Shown here in pieces: positions 40,088 through 50,022 of a DNA stretch of 64,000 bases. The notes under the pieces were generated by a model. The model saw only the letters and a program-made list of their open reading frames with translations, had not been told where the DNA came from and did not search any database. The position numbers and the translations under genes were made by a program. Every line of letters starts with the position of its first letter. Position 1 is the stretch's first letter. Origin of the DNA: a virus. The stretch covers positions 21,920 to 85,919 of the IMG/VR virus record IMGVR_UViG_3300048837_000614; one strand, given 5' to 3'.

Positions 40088-41124
40088 TATTCTTCTCTTA
40101 ACGTCATGAGTAAGATCTTCGTTTCACCTTTTGTGAACATGAAGAAATTTTCTCTGATTTCTAAAGAGTTTGCAATGGCGACGATGTTTAGGAAGTTTGA
40201 ATAATTTACTTTCTTTTGGAATACATATTCATTTTCTTCTTTGATTTTGAATGAGTTTGTGTCAATCTCAGACTTTGTTTCAAAGGTGATTTCTTTTTCA
40301 TCTTTTGCGATGATAAGAGTTGATGTTTTGTTTTCGATAGCCTTTAATTTCTTAATGACTTCTTCTGTAATTTCACCTGCATATTCAAGTTTTTTGAGTT
40401 TTCCATTTTCTAATACCGATACTACGTCTGGATAAACACCTTCAAATAGTGTCGCTTTTAGGAATAAGCCTTTAGATGAAATGAATAATGCCTTATCGTT
40501 TACTAGGATAGGGAATGGCTTCTCACCATTGGCATCAAAAATCGCTTTTAAGACAGGTATTGTTTCTGGTCTGATAATAACTGACACTTCACCCTCATAA
40601 CCGCTCTCAATTTGATTTATATACATTTTTACTGTATCTGTTGAAACGATATTCAATTTTCCTTCTTTAAGGCTTAAGAGTACACCCTGTAACATAGGTC
40701 TCTTTGTATCCTTGGCAACGAACGATAGAGCATTGTCTAGCGTTTTCATTACCTCTGTTGTAATCATAATTTTTGTTGCTTCAATTTCTTCTTCCTTAAC
40801 TTCGAAATTCATTTCTTCTACCATGATGGCAGTTGAGAATGAGATGCCATTTACTTTTGAGCTGATCGTTTTCTTGTTAATCTTCAATTCAAATTCTTCA
40901 GCATCTTGCTTTTCGATTTTAGTTAAGAATTCTTTTTTAATTGCAATCAATTCGGATTCTTTTTCTTCTGTTTTAATCGCTTTTAATTTCAATACTAAAC
41001 CATCTCTTCTTGTGTGGATGTTTAGGACGTTATCTTTTATTTCTAATACAATAATTTGATCCTTAGTTTCCATTTGTTTTAAGATGGTTAATGTGTTTTT
41101 TAATTGACTTTTTGTTATTTTCAT
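40087..41124 (-). CDS. dnaN: DNA polymerase III beta sliding clamp homolog
   Basis: RPMLQGVLL, VSTDTVKM, LFEGVYPDVVSV; 345 aa fits three clamp domains. Confidence 0.85.
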   Translation of the reverse strand: MKITKSQLKNTLTILKQMETKDQIIVLEIKDNVLNIHTRRDGLVLKLKAIKTEEKESELIAIKKEFLTKIEKQDAEEFELKINKKTISSKVNGISFSTAIMVEEMNFEVKEEEIEATKIMITTEVMKTLDNALSFVAKDTKRPMLQGVLLSLKEGKLNIVSTDTVKMYINQIESGYEGEVSVIIRPETIPVLKAIFDANGEKPFPILVNDKALFISSKGLFLKATLFEGVYPDVVSVLENGKLKKLEYAGEITEEVIKKLKAIENKTSTLIIAKDEKEITFETKSEIDTNSFKIKEENEYVFQKKVNYSNFLNIVAIANSLEIRENFFMFTKGETKILLMTLREE

Positions 41125-41867
41125 TAGAAAAATCCTTCCTCTTCTTCGGTTTCCTCTTCAGTAGTTTCATCTTCATCATCTTTATCATCTTCATCTTCAA
41201 AGACTTCTCCACCTGTGATATCTTTTTCTGTTATCGGTCCATCCAATTCCAAATCATCATTTTCTTCGTCGATGTTTTGAATTTCTTCATTGTCCAATTC
41301 TTGTTGCGTTACTTCTGGTTTTTTTTCTTTCTTTTTCTTTTCTGTTTTGTCTTTAACGATTACTTCTACTTTATCATCTTCCCATGTGAAAGTAATTTCT
41401 TTTCCTTCGTTTTCGGAATAGATTTTGCTGATGAAATCATCTTTAGATAATACAGTTTTTTTGTCAATCTTTACTTCTAAACCAAAGAAACCTTCTTCGA
41501 CACCATGAGTAATCTTCTTTTCTGCACCTGCTTTAGTGATTGTGGTTGCTACTCCCGTTTCTTTTTGTCTTGTTTCTGCTTTTGGTTTTGGTTCTGGTTC
41601 TTTCATGTTGGCTTCAAATTCGTCAAAGAATGAGTCAATCCATTCTATAACTACATTATCAGTCACTCCTACATAATTTAAACCCTGTAAATCTGCTAAA
41701 GCTCTTGCTTTTGTCGTAATGAAATCTACAACTTTTTTCTGAAACTTTTTCTTTTTTTCTTCATCTAATGTTTCGACTTTTGCAGACATATCTTTAGACT
41801 CCTTGATGCGTTGGTTTACAAACACTATAAGCATATTTGTAAAGGCATCTTTATAACTTAGCGACAT
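41124..41867 (-). CDS. PcfK-like protein with acidic C-terminal extension
   Basis: VVDFITTKAR...VTDNVVIEWIDSFF pattern. Start moved to MSLSYK, after AAGGAG. Confidence 0.55.
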   Translation of the reverse strand: MSLSYKDAFTNMLIVFVNQRIKESKDMSAKVETLDEEKKKKFQKKVVDFITTKARALADLQGLNYVGVTDNVVIEWIDSFFDEFEANMKEPEPKPKAETRQKETGVATTITKAGAEKKITHGVEEGFFGLEVKIDKKTVLSKDDFISKIYSENEGKEITFTWEDDKVEVIVKDKTEKKKKEKKPEVTQQELDNEEIQNIDEENDDLELDGPITEKDITGGEVFEDEDDKDDEDETTEEETEEEEGFF

Positions 41868-41881
41868 TTTCTTTCTCCTTT

Positions 41882-42211
41882 TTATTTTTTGTGATTTCTC
41901 ACCCAAACACTACATTTATCTGGCATAAAAAATGTAAAATCCGAATAATACGATTTCCATTTTGGTTTTGTATTGATACCCCAACCTTGTTCTCCTTCGA
42001 TTAGATCAAATACGAAACCCTCTGTTAAAATTTCCGAAACTTTAGACACGTTATCATTTTTGTAATTGCCTATTTGTTCTTTTGGACAACTAATTAAGAT
42101 ACTTACTTCATCATTTGAAGCTTGGACTTTCAAATGGGATAATTCTTCCTTACCCCATCTGACTATCTTTTCTCTAACTATTTGTTCTACCTTTAGTCCT
42201 GCATAACTCAT
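41882..42211 (-). CDS. Hypothetical protein
   Basis: AGGAG RBS; packed operon. Confidence 0.6.
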   Translation of the reverse strand: MSYAGLKVEQIVREKIVRWGKEELSHLKVQASNDEVSILISCPKEQIGNYKNDNVSKVSEILTEGFVFDLIEGEQGWGINTKPKWKSYYSDFTFFMPDKCSVWVRNHKK

Positions 42212-42232
42212 ATTTGCTAACTTTTTTCTCCT

Positions 42233-42628
42233 TTACCAATATTTAAACTCTATGGTTTCATTTTCTGTTACTATTTTTGAAGCCATAAGAGCCTCTAATT
42301 TTGCGATTAGATTTGTCCAATTGGTTTCTAACCACCAATCATCAGCATCTTCTCTTCGTAATTCTTCACATCTTTTTAATAATTTGATAAGGTCATGGAT
42401 TTCAATACTTCCATCTCCTTCTGAATTTTCATTGAGATAGAGCGTTTCTAATTTAAAATCTCCTTCCCAAACTTCTTCTGGTATTTCATCTAAACTGACG
42501 TAATTTAAAGTTTCATCTAATAAGATTTCTTGGTATAGTCTTGTGTTTATCCAACCGTAATTGTTTACATATAAACTTTTAACTCCACCATATTCCTTTA
42601 ATATACTTAAATGTGTGTGCATTCCCAT
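42233..42628 (-). CDS. Hypothetical protein
   Basis: Packed operon. Confidence 0.6.
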   Translation of the reverse strand: MGMHTHLSILKEYGGVKSLYVNNYGWINTRLYQEILLDETLNYVSLDEIPEEVWEGDFKLETLYLNENSEGDGSIEIHDLIKLLKRCEELRREDADDWWLETNWTNLIAKLEALMASKIVTENETIEFKYW

Positions 42629-42630
42629 AG

Positions 42631-43221
42631 TTATAAATTGTCGAAGTCTGACTCCTCAAAGCCATATTTTTCGACCATCTCCTTTTGCCATTTTTTAAAT
42701 TCTTCATCATTGTTTCCGTAATAGAAAGAATCAATATAATCTTCTTCTTCGTTATCATAGACTTCGTAAACCCAAAAACCTTCGTTAATGTAATTTTGAA
42801 ATTTAGATCTAAATTCTTGTATATCCTCTTCTTTGTTAGCAAAAACAACATAGATAAAACCATTTCTATTATTTTCTACCCAATTACTACATTTTTTTGT
42901 TAAGGCATCATCGGTCATATTGACACTTACTCCGTCCCAACCGTTTTCACGAAACAGTGAGATAACACCAAAACAATTGTAATTTAGTTCTTTCATTTTG
43001 TTCTTGATGTCAGTAATATCGCTAAATTCAAAATCTTCAGCTTCCATTATTTTTCCCGAATAATGCGTTCCTGTGTTTTCGGTATTGAAGAATATTTCAT
43101 AATGTTCTCCCTTTACTAAATAACTTACTTGGCTTAATGCGTCTGAAAATGACGTATCATACATTTCTGATTTCTTCGCTTCGTATCTTGGAACTTCTAT
43201 AGTTCTTTTAAATGTTTTCAT
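42631..43221 (-). CDS. Hypothetical protein
   Basis: GAGGG RBS; packed operon. Confidence 0.65.
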   Translation of the reverse strand: MKTFKRTIEVPRYEAKKSEMYDTSFSDALSQVSYLVKGEHYEIFFNTENTGTHYSGKIMEAEDFEFSDITDIKNKMKELNYNCFGVISLFRENGWDGVSVNMTDDALTKKCSNWVENNRNGFIYVVFANKEEDIQEFRSKFQNYINEGFWVYEVYDNEEEDYIDSFYYGNNDEEFKKWQKEMVEKYGFEESDFDNL

Positions 43222-43546
43222 AATTTCCCTCTTCTAAGAATTTTGCAAATTCTTCTAACATTTCTTCTATGGCTTCAGCATCTTCTAAAAGACCTTTTAT
43301 CGTGTTTGGACAACCACCTTTTCCTCTGTGTGGTAACCACAATTCAACATGTTCTTCTATGTCAAAATCATCTACGTATTTTCTTACTTCTTTTTTTATT
43401 TCTTCTAAATTATTTTTACCTTTTACTTCAATAGCAAAACCAAAATCTTCTCCTGCTGGTGAATATTGATAGAATGAAATTTGATTTTTTGATTCAAATT
43501 CTACAGTCCAACCCAAATATTCTCCAATTTTTTTTATTGTTTTCAT
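43208..43546 (-). CDS. Hypothetical phage protein
   Basis: YSPAGEDF...LLEDAE pattern; ATGA coupling. Confidence 0.65.
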   Translation of the reverse strand: MKTIKKIGEYLGWTVEFESKNQISFYQYSPAGEDFGFAIEVKGKNNLEEIKKEVRKYVDDFDIEEHVELWLPHRGKGGCPNTIKGLLEDAEAIEEMLEEFAKFLEEGNYENI

Positions 43547-44349
43547 CGGTATTGTCCTGTTTGACTTGCATCATGTTTAAATGTTTCTGATGGGTTTAAA
43601 TCTCTTCTGAAATATCTAACGCTATCATGGAATCTTCCATCTTTCATTCTAACTAAGTAGTAATCTCCGTCAAGATCTCTAAAGATGTCTAAACCCCATA
43701 CTCTTTGATTTACACGATATGCTATGTCTACATTTGTTTGGTCGTAACCCCACATTGCAGAGTAAGCCTCGTCAGTTAATTTTAGTCCTGGAATTACAGG
43801 TAATTTATCCCAAATTGCTCTATAGTAAAGTGTGTCACCGTTACTTCTAAACTCGTCTTGTGGATAACCTAAACTCTTGGCTAAAATCGCCTGTCTAATG
43901 TACTTTAATTCTCCAAACCAATCAAACTTAATACAGTGTTCTACATTATCTAATAACTCTTTTGTGTATCCTTGGATAGCTTCTTCTACAGTTCCATATT
44001 GGTTTCTTCTATAATGATAAGATTTGTCCCAATTTTCTTTTGCATGATTTTTCAAGAACTCTTTGTAATCTTCTAATGAAATATATTCTGTTAGGTTTTT
44101 GCCATACTTGACATTTTTCTTGTCCTCTTTGATTAGAGGCTCTCCTTCTGGCACATCTAAATCTAATTTTGTTTTGCAGATAAACCCACCTACAAACTTA
44201 GAGTAATAACAACTTTTTTCTTTCAATGACACATTTAGTTTGATGTATTCTTCTTTTGTTAAATCTTTTTTGATCTTATAAACGTTTAATTTTTCAAGTG
44301 TTCTTGTGTCTTGTCCTTCTCTAAATTCTAAAACTTCATTTAAGTTCAT
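43543..44349 (-). CDS. Hypothetical protein (WGYDQTNVD motif)
   Basis: AGGAG RBS; 268-aa ORF. Confidence 0.7.
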   Translation of the reverse strand: MNLNEVLEFREGQDTRTLEKLNVYKIKKDLTKEEYIKLNVSLKEKSCYYSKFVGGFICKTKLDLDVPEGEPLIKEDKKNVKYGKNLTEYISLEDYKEFLKNHAKENWDKSYHYRRNQYGTVEEAIQGYTKELLDNVEHCIKFDWFGELKYIRQAILAKSLGYPQDEFRSNGDTLYYRAIWDKLPVIPGLKLTDEAYSAMWGYDQTNVDIAYRVNQRVWGLDIFRDLDGDYYLVRMKDGRFHDSVRYFRRDLNPSETFKHDASQTGQYR

Positions 44350-44489
44350 TTTTTTTCTCCTTTTTTTGGTATTCTATTATTTCGCCACATTTTCCACAAA
44401 ATCTTGGTGGTTCTTTTGGGTATTCTTTTGTACTTATGATGAAATTTCCACAAATTGAACATATTATATCTTTGTATTTTCTGTTTTGT

Positions 44490-44837
44490 TTATATTCTGG
44501 TTTCATCTTCTTTTTCTTTTAGTATTTCATCTAAGAAAACTATAGCTTTCATCCCACTAATTTTATCTTTTGCACCTATACTGAATTCTTTTTCTCCGTT
44601 TGGATCTCTATATGCACTTTCTTTTCCATAGTATTTATAGTCATACACCATAAAGATCGTTCCATCTTCTAACATAATAAAATATTCTACGCTTGTCTTT
44701 TCATTTCCTTTTCTAAACTTCCCTAATGCGTTTTTTAATTTATTATGAGTTGTTTTTATATTTCCTTGGTTACAAGACCAATCTAACTTGAATTCAAATT
44801 CTGTTTTTGTTATATTTATAAATCTTTGTCTATTCAT
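44490..44837 (-). CDS. Hypothetical protein
   Basis: ATGA coupling; VYDYK motif. Confidence 0.65.
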   Translation of the reverse strand: MNRQRFINITKTEFEFKLDWSCNQGNIKTTHNKLKNALGKFRKGNEKTSVEYFIMLEDGTIFMVYDYKYYGKESAYRDPNGEKEFSIGAKDKISGMKAIVFLDEILKEKEDETRI

Positions 44838-45094
44838 TTTTGTTCACCTAACCCTATATATTTTGCTGCTGTTTCTAAAGTTATTTCTTTTACTCTACCC
44901 TCCGGATACACCAAATAAAATTTATCTTCTTCCTTTGAGTAATCTAGTGTGAAAGTTCCAATACAAAAACTTTTATCTCCCTTATGATTCCTACTAGGCA
45001 TAAGATTTAAAACTCTATCTTTGAGTGTTGTTGTTTTTTGTTTCTCTTCTTTTTCAGTTTCTTCTCTTATTCTTTCCCATATTTTATTGCTCAT
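44834..45094 (-). CDS. Hypothetical protein
   Basis: AAGGAG RBS. Confidence 0.6.
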   Translation of the reverse strand: MSNKIWERIREETEKEEKQKTTTLKDRVLNLMPSRNHKGDKSFCIGTFTLDYSKEEDKFYLVYPEGRVKEITLETAAKYIGLGEQK

Positions 45095-45465
45095 TTTTTC
45101 TCCTTAATAAAGATATAGTTTGTTTCATCAATAGTTAAAAAATCTTCTACGATATACTTCTCTACTTCTTTTGTGAATACTGATAGTTTTATGAGTTTTA
45201 ATTCATCTAACTCTATGTAGTGATTCATCTTTAAGACAAATACCGTTTCTTTTTTTAACACTAATCTGACTTCTTGTGAGTCCCATAGATTATGCCCTTC
45301 TTCTGTTTCTAAAAACTTTACCAAACTAATTTCATCATTGATGATTTCTATTATTTCTTTTTTAATATTTTCTACTCCTGCATGATAACCCGTTTCGAAA
45401 TTATCCCCTAAAATCGTTCTTCCTTTTCTTTCTACTAAGTTTTTAATACTGTCAATTTTTCTCAT
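45091..45465 (-). CDS. Hypothetical protein
   Basis: AAGGAGAGG RBS directly after the GC-rich hairpin. Confidence 0.65.
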   Translation of the reverse strand: MRKIDSIKNLVERKGRTILGDNFETGYHAGVENIKKEIIEIINDEISLVKFLETEEGHNLWDSQEVRLVLKKETVFVLKMNHYIELDELKLIKLSVFTKEVEKYIVEDFLTIDETNYIFIKEKK

Positions 45466-45477
45466 TTTTCCTCTCCT

Positions 45478-45516
45478 TTATAGTGCGTGGCGACACGAGG
45501 AACGAGTGTTGCACGC
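45478..45516 (-). promoter_or_regulatory. GC-rich hairpin element, copy 1 (candidate phage RNAP promoter)
   Basis: Plus strand TTATAGT-GCGTG-G-CGACAC...GTGTTG-CACGC; covarying partner at 55218-55258. Confidence 0.5.
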
Positions 45517-45620
45517 TTACTTTACTTTTATTAAAATAAAAACACCTATTGAAACCATGATAACCATGATTACTATAAGCATTCCTAAATCTGATTCTTT
45601 TGGATAAACTTTTCTTCTTC

Positions 45621-46364
45621 TCATTTTATGCCTACAATTTCTTTCATTGAAAATATTTTTGTTTTCCATTCACAATATTTAATCAATGTAAGTTTATCTA
45701 CACTACTAACCTTATGTAATCTATGGTTAAGATATAACGCATGAGCTTTTCTTGACAACCTATATAAATTATCTTTATTAAAATTAGTATGATCGTCATC
45801 TAAAAAGATAATTACATCATCGATATCATCAAGCTTAACATTGTGATAATATTCATACAAATATCTGTTTTTTAATATATACTTATCACGTTTAGTTTGT
45901 GAATTTGATATTTTAATGTATGGTGTAACGCAACTACCCTCACGTATTTCATCGCCTATATTTTTGTGAGCAAAACCTCTTAATTTAAGCCAGCCTGTTT
46001 TCAGATTGCCTTTCGCTATATCCATTGCCTTATGTGCTTTCGGTAAGCATAATTGATACTTTGTGTTTAAATCTCTCAAAAAATTTAGATCAATATTAGT
46101 GTTGAAGCGTTGATTAAATGCGTTTAATATATCTTCTCTATCATCGTAATTATGTTTGTTATTCTTTAACCACTCAACCTGTTCTTTTCTTGGAACGAGT
46201 TTAAATCTTAATGATATTTTGTTTCTTTTACACACACATAATAAACTATTAAACGATATATTTTCGTTAAATTCTAAATTGAATAATTCTAATAATTCTT
46301 CTCTATTTGAACATTGTTCTTTGTGGTTTCTTAACCATTCAATTTTTATATCATTCCATCTCAT
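45621..46364 (-). CDS. HNH endonuclease-like protein with duplicated N-terminal helical repeat
   Basis: RYLYEYYH...IIFLDDDHTNFNKDNLYRLSR (HNH_3-like); the repeat EWL.N.K...RE.LL..FN..FN.NI occurs twice. Confidence 0.7.
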   Translation of the reverse strand: MRWNDIKIEWLRNHKEQCSNREELLELFNLEFNENISFNSLLCVCKRNKISLRFKLVPRKEQVEWLKNNKHNYDDREDILNAFNQRFNTNIDLNFLRDLNTKYQLCLPKAHKAMDIAKGNLKTGWLKLRGFAHKNIGDEIREGSCVTPYIKISNSQTKRDKYILKNRYLYEYYHNVKLDDIDDVIIFLDDDHTNFNKDNLYRLSRKAHALYLNHRLHKVSSVDKLTLIKYCEWKTKIFSMKEIVGIK

Positions 46365-46627
46365 TTTATCTTTTGCTCTTGCAATTTGATGTTTTCTTTC
46401 ATGATGTTATTGCGTTCATTTCTAATGTTATACATAGTTGTTCTAAGTTCTAAATCTTTTATTTTGTAATCAACTTCTTGCTGCTTAATGATAGATAAAA
46501 TGTGGCTGTTTTTTAATTGGCTAACCTTTAATATGTGAGGATTTCTTCTAATTTCCTCATTTGTTAAACTATTTAATTTTTCTATTTCACTAACGCTTGT
46601 TTCGTATACAACCTCTTTGTATTCCAT
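46361..46627 (-). CDS. Hypothetical protein coupled to the HNH gene
   Basis: AAGGAG RBS, ATGA overlap. Confidence 0.6.
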   Translation of the reverse strand: MEYKEVVYETSVSEIEKLNSLTNEEIRRNPHILKVSQLKNSHILSIIKQQEVDYKIKDLELRTTMYNIRNERNNIMKENIKLQEQKIK

Positions 46628-46639
46628 ATTATTCTCCTT

Positions 46640-46849
46640 TTATTCTTCGTTTGCTTTTCCGTTTTTTAACATTTCAATGTATTTATTTAGTGCTAATTCT
46701 ACGTTGTTTGTTTTAAAAATAATCTCTCTATAACCTGGTCCTCTTGTGTTTAAATCGGTATCGTAGTGGGCTGTGCAACTAACTAAATTGTCTTGTATTT
46801 GACAAGCCCACACCCTTAAATTATCAACTACTTTACTTATTGTTTTCAT
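46640..46849 (-). CDS. Hypothetical protein
   Basis: AGGT RBS. Confidence 0.55.
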   Translation of the reverse strand: MKTISKVVDNLRVWACQIQDNLVSCTAHYDTDLNTRGPGYREIIFKTNNVELALNKYIEMLKNGKANEE

Positions 46850-46868
46850 TTTTCTTTACCTACTTTTC

Positions 46869-48626
46869 TCATTTTATTTTTTGTATCGTTTTGATTACCC
46901 TTCTTAAGAACTCTTCTTTATCTTTAATTCTTATTTCAAACATTTGATTAAATTTTGTATTCCATAGGATTCCCACTTCGTAGCCACCGATAAACATATA
47001 AGTCGCTAACTGTAGAAAATGCTTATGTTCTAATTGCTCAACAAATTTTAACTCATAAGGCATGTTATTTTTAACCGTATCTATGAAACCTTTAATTCTC
47101 ATATCTCTATTGACCCTATAAAATACTTCGATTTGAGATGGTAGTTCTGGATCTAAATGCTCTTTTAATCTTTCTATGAGTTCCACTTCTTCATCTATAT
47201 CTATAAACTCTTCCATAGCTTGATTGTAGTATCTCATAAGATTTGTATCTACTGCAGTTAAACAGAGTACTTTTTTAACCTTTGTTTTAGGTTTCGTTTT
47301 CTTTATGTACTTAACTATTGGTGCATCTTCTTTGAATGAGTTTAATATTCTTTCATAATTCCAATCTTTAAAGAAAATAGCTTCTTGGTAGATGCCGATA
47401 ACAGGTGCTAATGTGATGTTGAAATCGTTTAACACTACCTTTATTTCTGATTTGTTAGAGGTCTCTAATTCCTTTACATCAAGCATTTCATACGTTCTTT
47501 GAATGTCGGTATCAAAACAAAAATCAAACATCTTAGATGGACTATAATCCTCGTCTAATTTTCTACTTAATAAGAATGCTTCGAAGTTTTTTTCTGTTAA
47601 TATTTGATTCTCTTGAATGAAAATGATTTCATCTTTACCTCTACTTGCAGCGACTAAGAATAAGTTTTTAATGATTTCTCTATTTGACTTCTCACTACGA
47701 TAAGCAAGTGCATCTGTTTCAAAACCAAATACTATCGCTAATTTGCGTTCTAAGCCTTTTGAACCGTCAAAGGTAGTTACTATCATGCTGTTGTCTAAAG
47801 GTTTGTTAGCGTTGTCTGTGTCGCTTATGGTGATGTATAAATTCTTCTTGTTGTACTTTTCTGGGTTTTCCTTTTCAATGTAGTTGATAAACTGATTTAG
47901 TCCTACATTATTTCTAAAAGGACTTAAGATTAAGATGTCCTTATTTTGATATTCAGCTATCTTATCGTATAAATATTCTTTGTTATATCTAATGATTTCT
48001 ACCTTTTGATTTGGGTTTACACCTTTGATTTTTTTGTTCCAAATATTACCTAACATCTTCGCATGATCTTCATTTAATCTAAAACAGTTTGTTAGGTCCA
48101 TTTGTTTGTAATCATTTCTTAATGAGAAGATGCAGTCCTCTAAAACGTTGATGGTTGTTGTATCATAAATCTTTTGTTTCATATCTCCTACGAATACAAT
48201 TTGCATCTCTTTTCTTTGATATAAATCTATTGTCTTTATTAATTTTGAAGCGTCATCATTTATATCTTGATATTCATCTACTAACATGACATCATACTGT
48301 GGCATATTGATCGTTCCATCTTGGACATTTTTAATGAAGTCTTTGATTCCATTTTGATGTGTGTATTGAATTCTATATGCAGTTAAATAACGATAAACAA
48401 ACCCATGATAGTTGTGTATTTCTACATTTCTACCACGGATTTGTTTCTTGGCATCCTCTTTCAAGAGTTTGTTATAGGTTAGATATAGTATCTTTTTGTT
48501 TTTTAATGTAATACAAATATCGTTTAAAGTAGTTGTTTTACCTGCACCTATACAAGCGTCTACGAACACGTTGTGTCCTTCTTCAACCGCTTTGATGATA
48601 GATTCCTGTTCCTCTGTTCGTTTCAC
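46869..48626 (-). CDS. UvrD-like SF1 helicase fused to a C-terminal PD-(D/E)xK nuclease
   Basis: GAGKTT, VDEYQD, VGDMKQKIY, SKGLE, VAASRGK; IKGFID...YELKF...QLATY. Confidence 0.85.
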   Translation of the reverse strand: MKRTEEQESIIKAVEEGHNVFVDACIGAGKTTTLNDICITLKNKKILYLTYNKLLKEDAKKQIRGRNVEIHNYHGFVYRYLTAYRIQYTHQNGIKDFIKNVQDGTINMPQYDVMLVDEYQDINDDASKLIKTIDLYQRKEMQIVFVGDMKQKIYDTTTINVLEDCIFSLRNDYKQMDLTNCFRLNEDHAKMLGNIWNKKIKGVNPNQKVEIIRYNKEYLYDKIAEYQNKDILILSPFRNNVGLNQFINYIEKENPEKYNKKNLYITISDTDNANKPLDNSMIVTTFDGSKGLERKLAIVFGFETDALAYRSEKSNREIIKNLFLVAASRGKDEIIFIQENQILTEKNFEAFLLSRKLDEDYSPSKMFDFCFDTDIQRTYEMLDVKELETSNKSEIKVVLNDFNITLAPVIGIYQEAIFFKDWNYERILNSFKEDAPIVKYIKKTKPKTKVKKVLCLTAVDTNLMRYYNQAMEEFIDIDEEVELIERLKEHLDPELPSQIEVFYRVNRDMRIKGFIDTVKNNMPYELKFVEQLEHKHFLQLATYMFIGGYEVGILWNTKFNQMFEIRIKDKEEFLRRVIKTIQKIK

Positions 48627-48894
48627 TTTTTATTCCTCTTTCTACAGTTTGTTTAAGTTTTTTAATATTTTTAAGTGCTTTAGCGTAATTTGTAATGCGG
48701 TGTTGAACGTACTGTATAGATGATTTTTTGAGTTGCTTTTTATAATAAATGTTGGTGTAGTTGTTAAAATCTTGAATAGTCACTTCGCTATTTCTTAATT
48801 TAAATCTTATGTGCAATACACAACCGCTATCATGATGTGATATTTGCTTATACCCCTCATTTATCAATGCTTCGATAAATTGTTGTTGTTTCAT
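48583..48894 (-). CDS. Hypothetical protein
   Basis: Start MKQQQF after GGGGTG. Confidence 0.55.
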   Translation of the reverse strand: MKQQQFIEALINEGYKQISHHDSGCVLHIRFKLRNSEVTIQDFNNYTNIYYKKQLKKSSIQYVQHRITNYAKALKNIKKLKQTVERGIKSETNRGTGIYHQSG

Positions 48895-49051
48895 TTTTTG
48901 CTCACCCCATATTTCATCAACCATTCATGCAATACTTTTGCCGTATCGCCTTTTCTCATGCGTCTTAAGATACTCTTATACTTGCGTTTATCAATGCCTA
49001 AATCTTTTGCTTGCTCACGCAATTCTTTTTCAGTCATAGTTTTGTTGAACA

Positions 49052-49324
49052 TTAGTTTACCTCTTCATACCAATTAACAGGTATGTTGTATGGCTTGACA
49101 TCTACCAACTCTAAATGACACGCCTTTAGTATCTTATTTTCGCCCATAAACTTGATTGTCGTTTCCTTTGCAACTTCTACATACGCCTTAAACTCACGAG
49201 TTAAATCGTTTACCATGTACCTCTTGTCATCTACATCAAGTACGAATGCGTGGAGTTGTTTGTTATAATAGTAGCCAATTTGCGTGAGTTTACGGAAATA
49301 TTCTTTTTTGATAAAGTAGGTCAT
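49052..49324 (-). CDS. Hypothetical protein
   Basis: GAGGTG RBS, ATGA coupling. Confidence 0.6.
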   Translation of the reverse strand: MTYFIKKEYFRKLTQIGYYYNKQLHAFVLDVDDKRYMVNDLTREFKAYVEVAKETTIKFMGENKILKACHLELVDVKPYNIPVNWYEEVN

Positions 49325-49458
49325 TTACTCACCTCATCATGAATGTTGCCGATGATTTCGAGTGTATATTTTCTCGCAAGGAAACTTAAATTTCTTGTAT
49401 CAACTTCATAATCTTCAACATCTTCAATTGGTTTACCTCTAAACTTAATTTCTCTCAT
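49321..49458 (-). CDS. 45-aa internally deleted YopX-family ORF (not in the ORF track)
   Basis: MREIKFRGKP...LEIIGNIHDEVSK keeps both YopX terminal signatures; GAGG RBS. Confidence 0.65.
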   Translation of the reverse strand: MREIKFRGKPIEDVEDYEVDTRNLSFLARKYTLEIIGNIHDEVSK

Positions 49459-49470
49459 TCCCTTTTCCTC

Positions 49471-50022
49471 TCATATATCTAATTTTTCCTGATGATGTTT
49501 TTTCATTTCTACCGTTGCTATGGTGTCATTCTTACTTCCGCCGTGTGCGACTAATAATATCTCTATAATTTCCATGTTGTTATTTTTACCAATTCCGTTA
49601 CTGTTCCAACCAAACGATATGCAAATACCACTTGGCTTTAATATGCGTGCTATCTCATATTTGAAGTTTAGCCAATATGTCGCCTGTGTATCACTCATCG
49701 TTACCGTTCTATCAAGTTCAGTGTAACACTCTTTAACTTGTCTCGGCGTGTATGGTGGGTCATATAGCACCATGTCCACACTACAATCACCAATCGTTTT
49801 TAAAAAGTCGTTTGCTTCCATGTTGTAGTCACATTGATATTGTGGGTCTAAATCGTTTGAGATGTATTTACAGTGTGATAGATAATCTTTGATAGAGTGT
49901 TCGTTGGCGAATGGGTCTATAATTGTCATGCCCTTTTTAGCATGTTTCAATATCAAATCACGAAATGCAACGATACGAAATGTTTTGCTATTTGGCATTT
50001 CCCATACTCTATTTATCTTCAT
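49471..50022 (-). CDS. DNA adenine methyltransferase
   Basis: IIDPFAN (SAM-binding), SNDLD, LYDPPY (catalytic), EIARILKPSG. Confidence 0.85.
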   Translation of the reverse strand: MKINRVWEMPNSKTFRIVAFRDLILKHAKKGMTIIDPFANEHSIKDYLSHCKYISNDLDPQYQCDYNMEANDFLKTIGDCSVDMVLYDPPYTPRQVKECYTELDRTVTMSDTQATYWLNFKYEIARILKPSGICISFGWNSNGIGKNNNMEIIEILLVAHGGSKNDTIATVEMKKHHQEKLDI

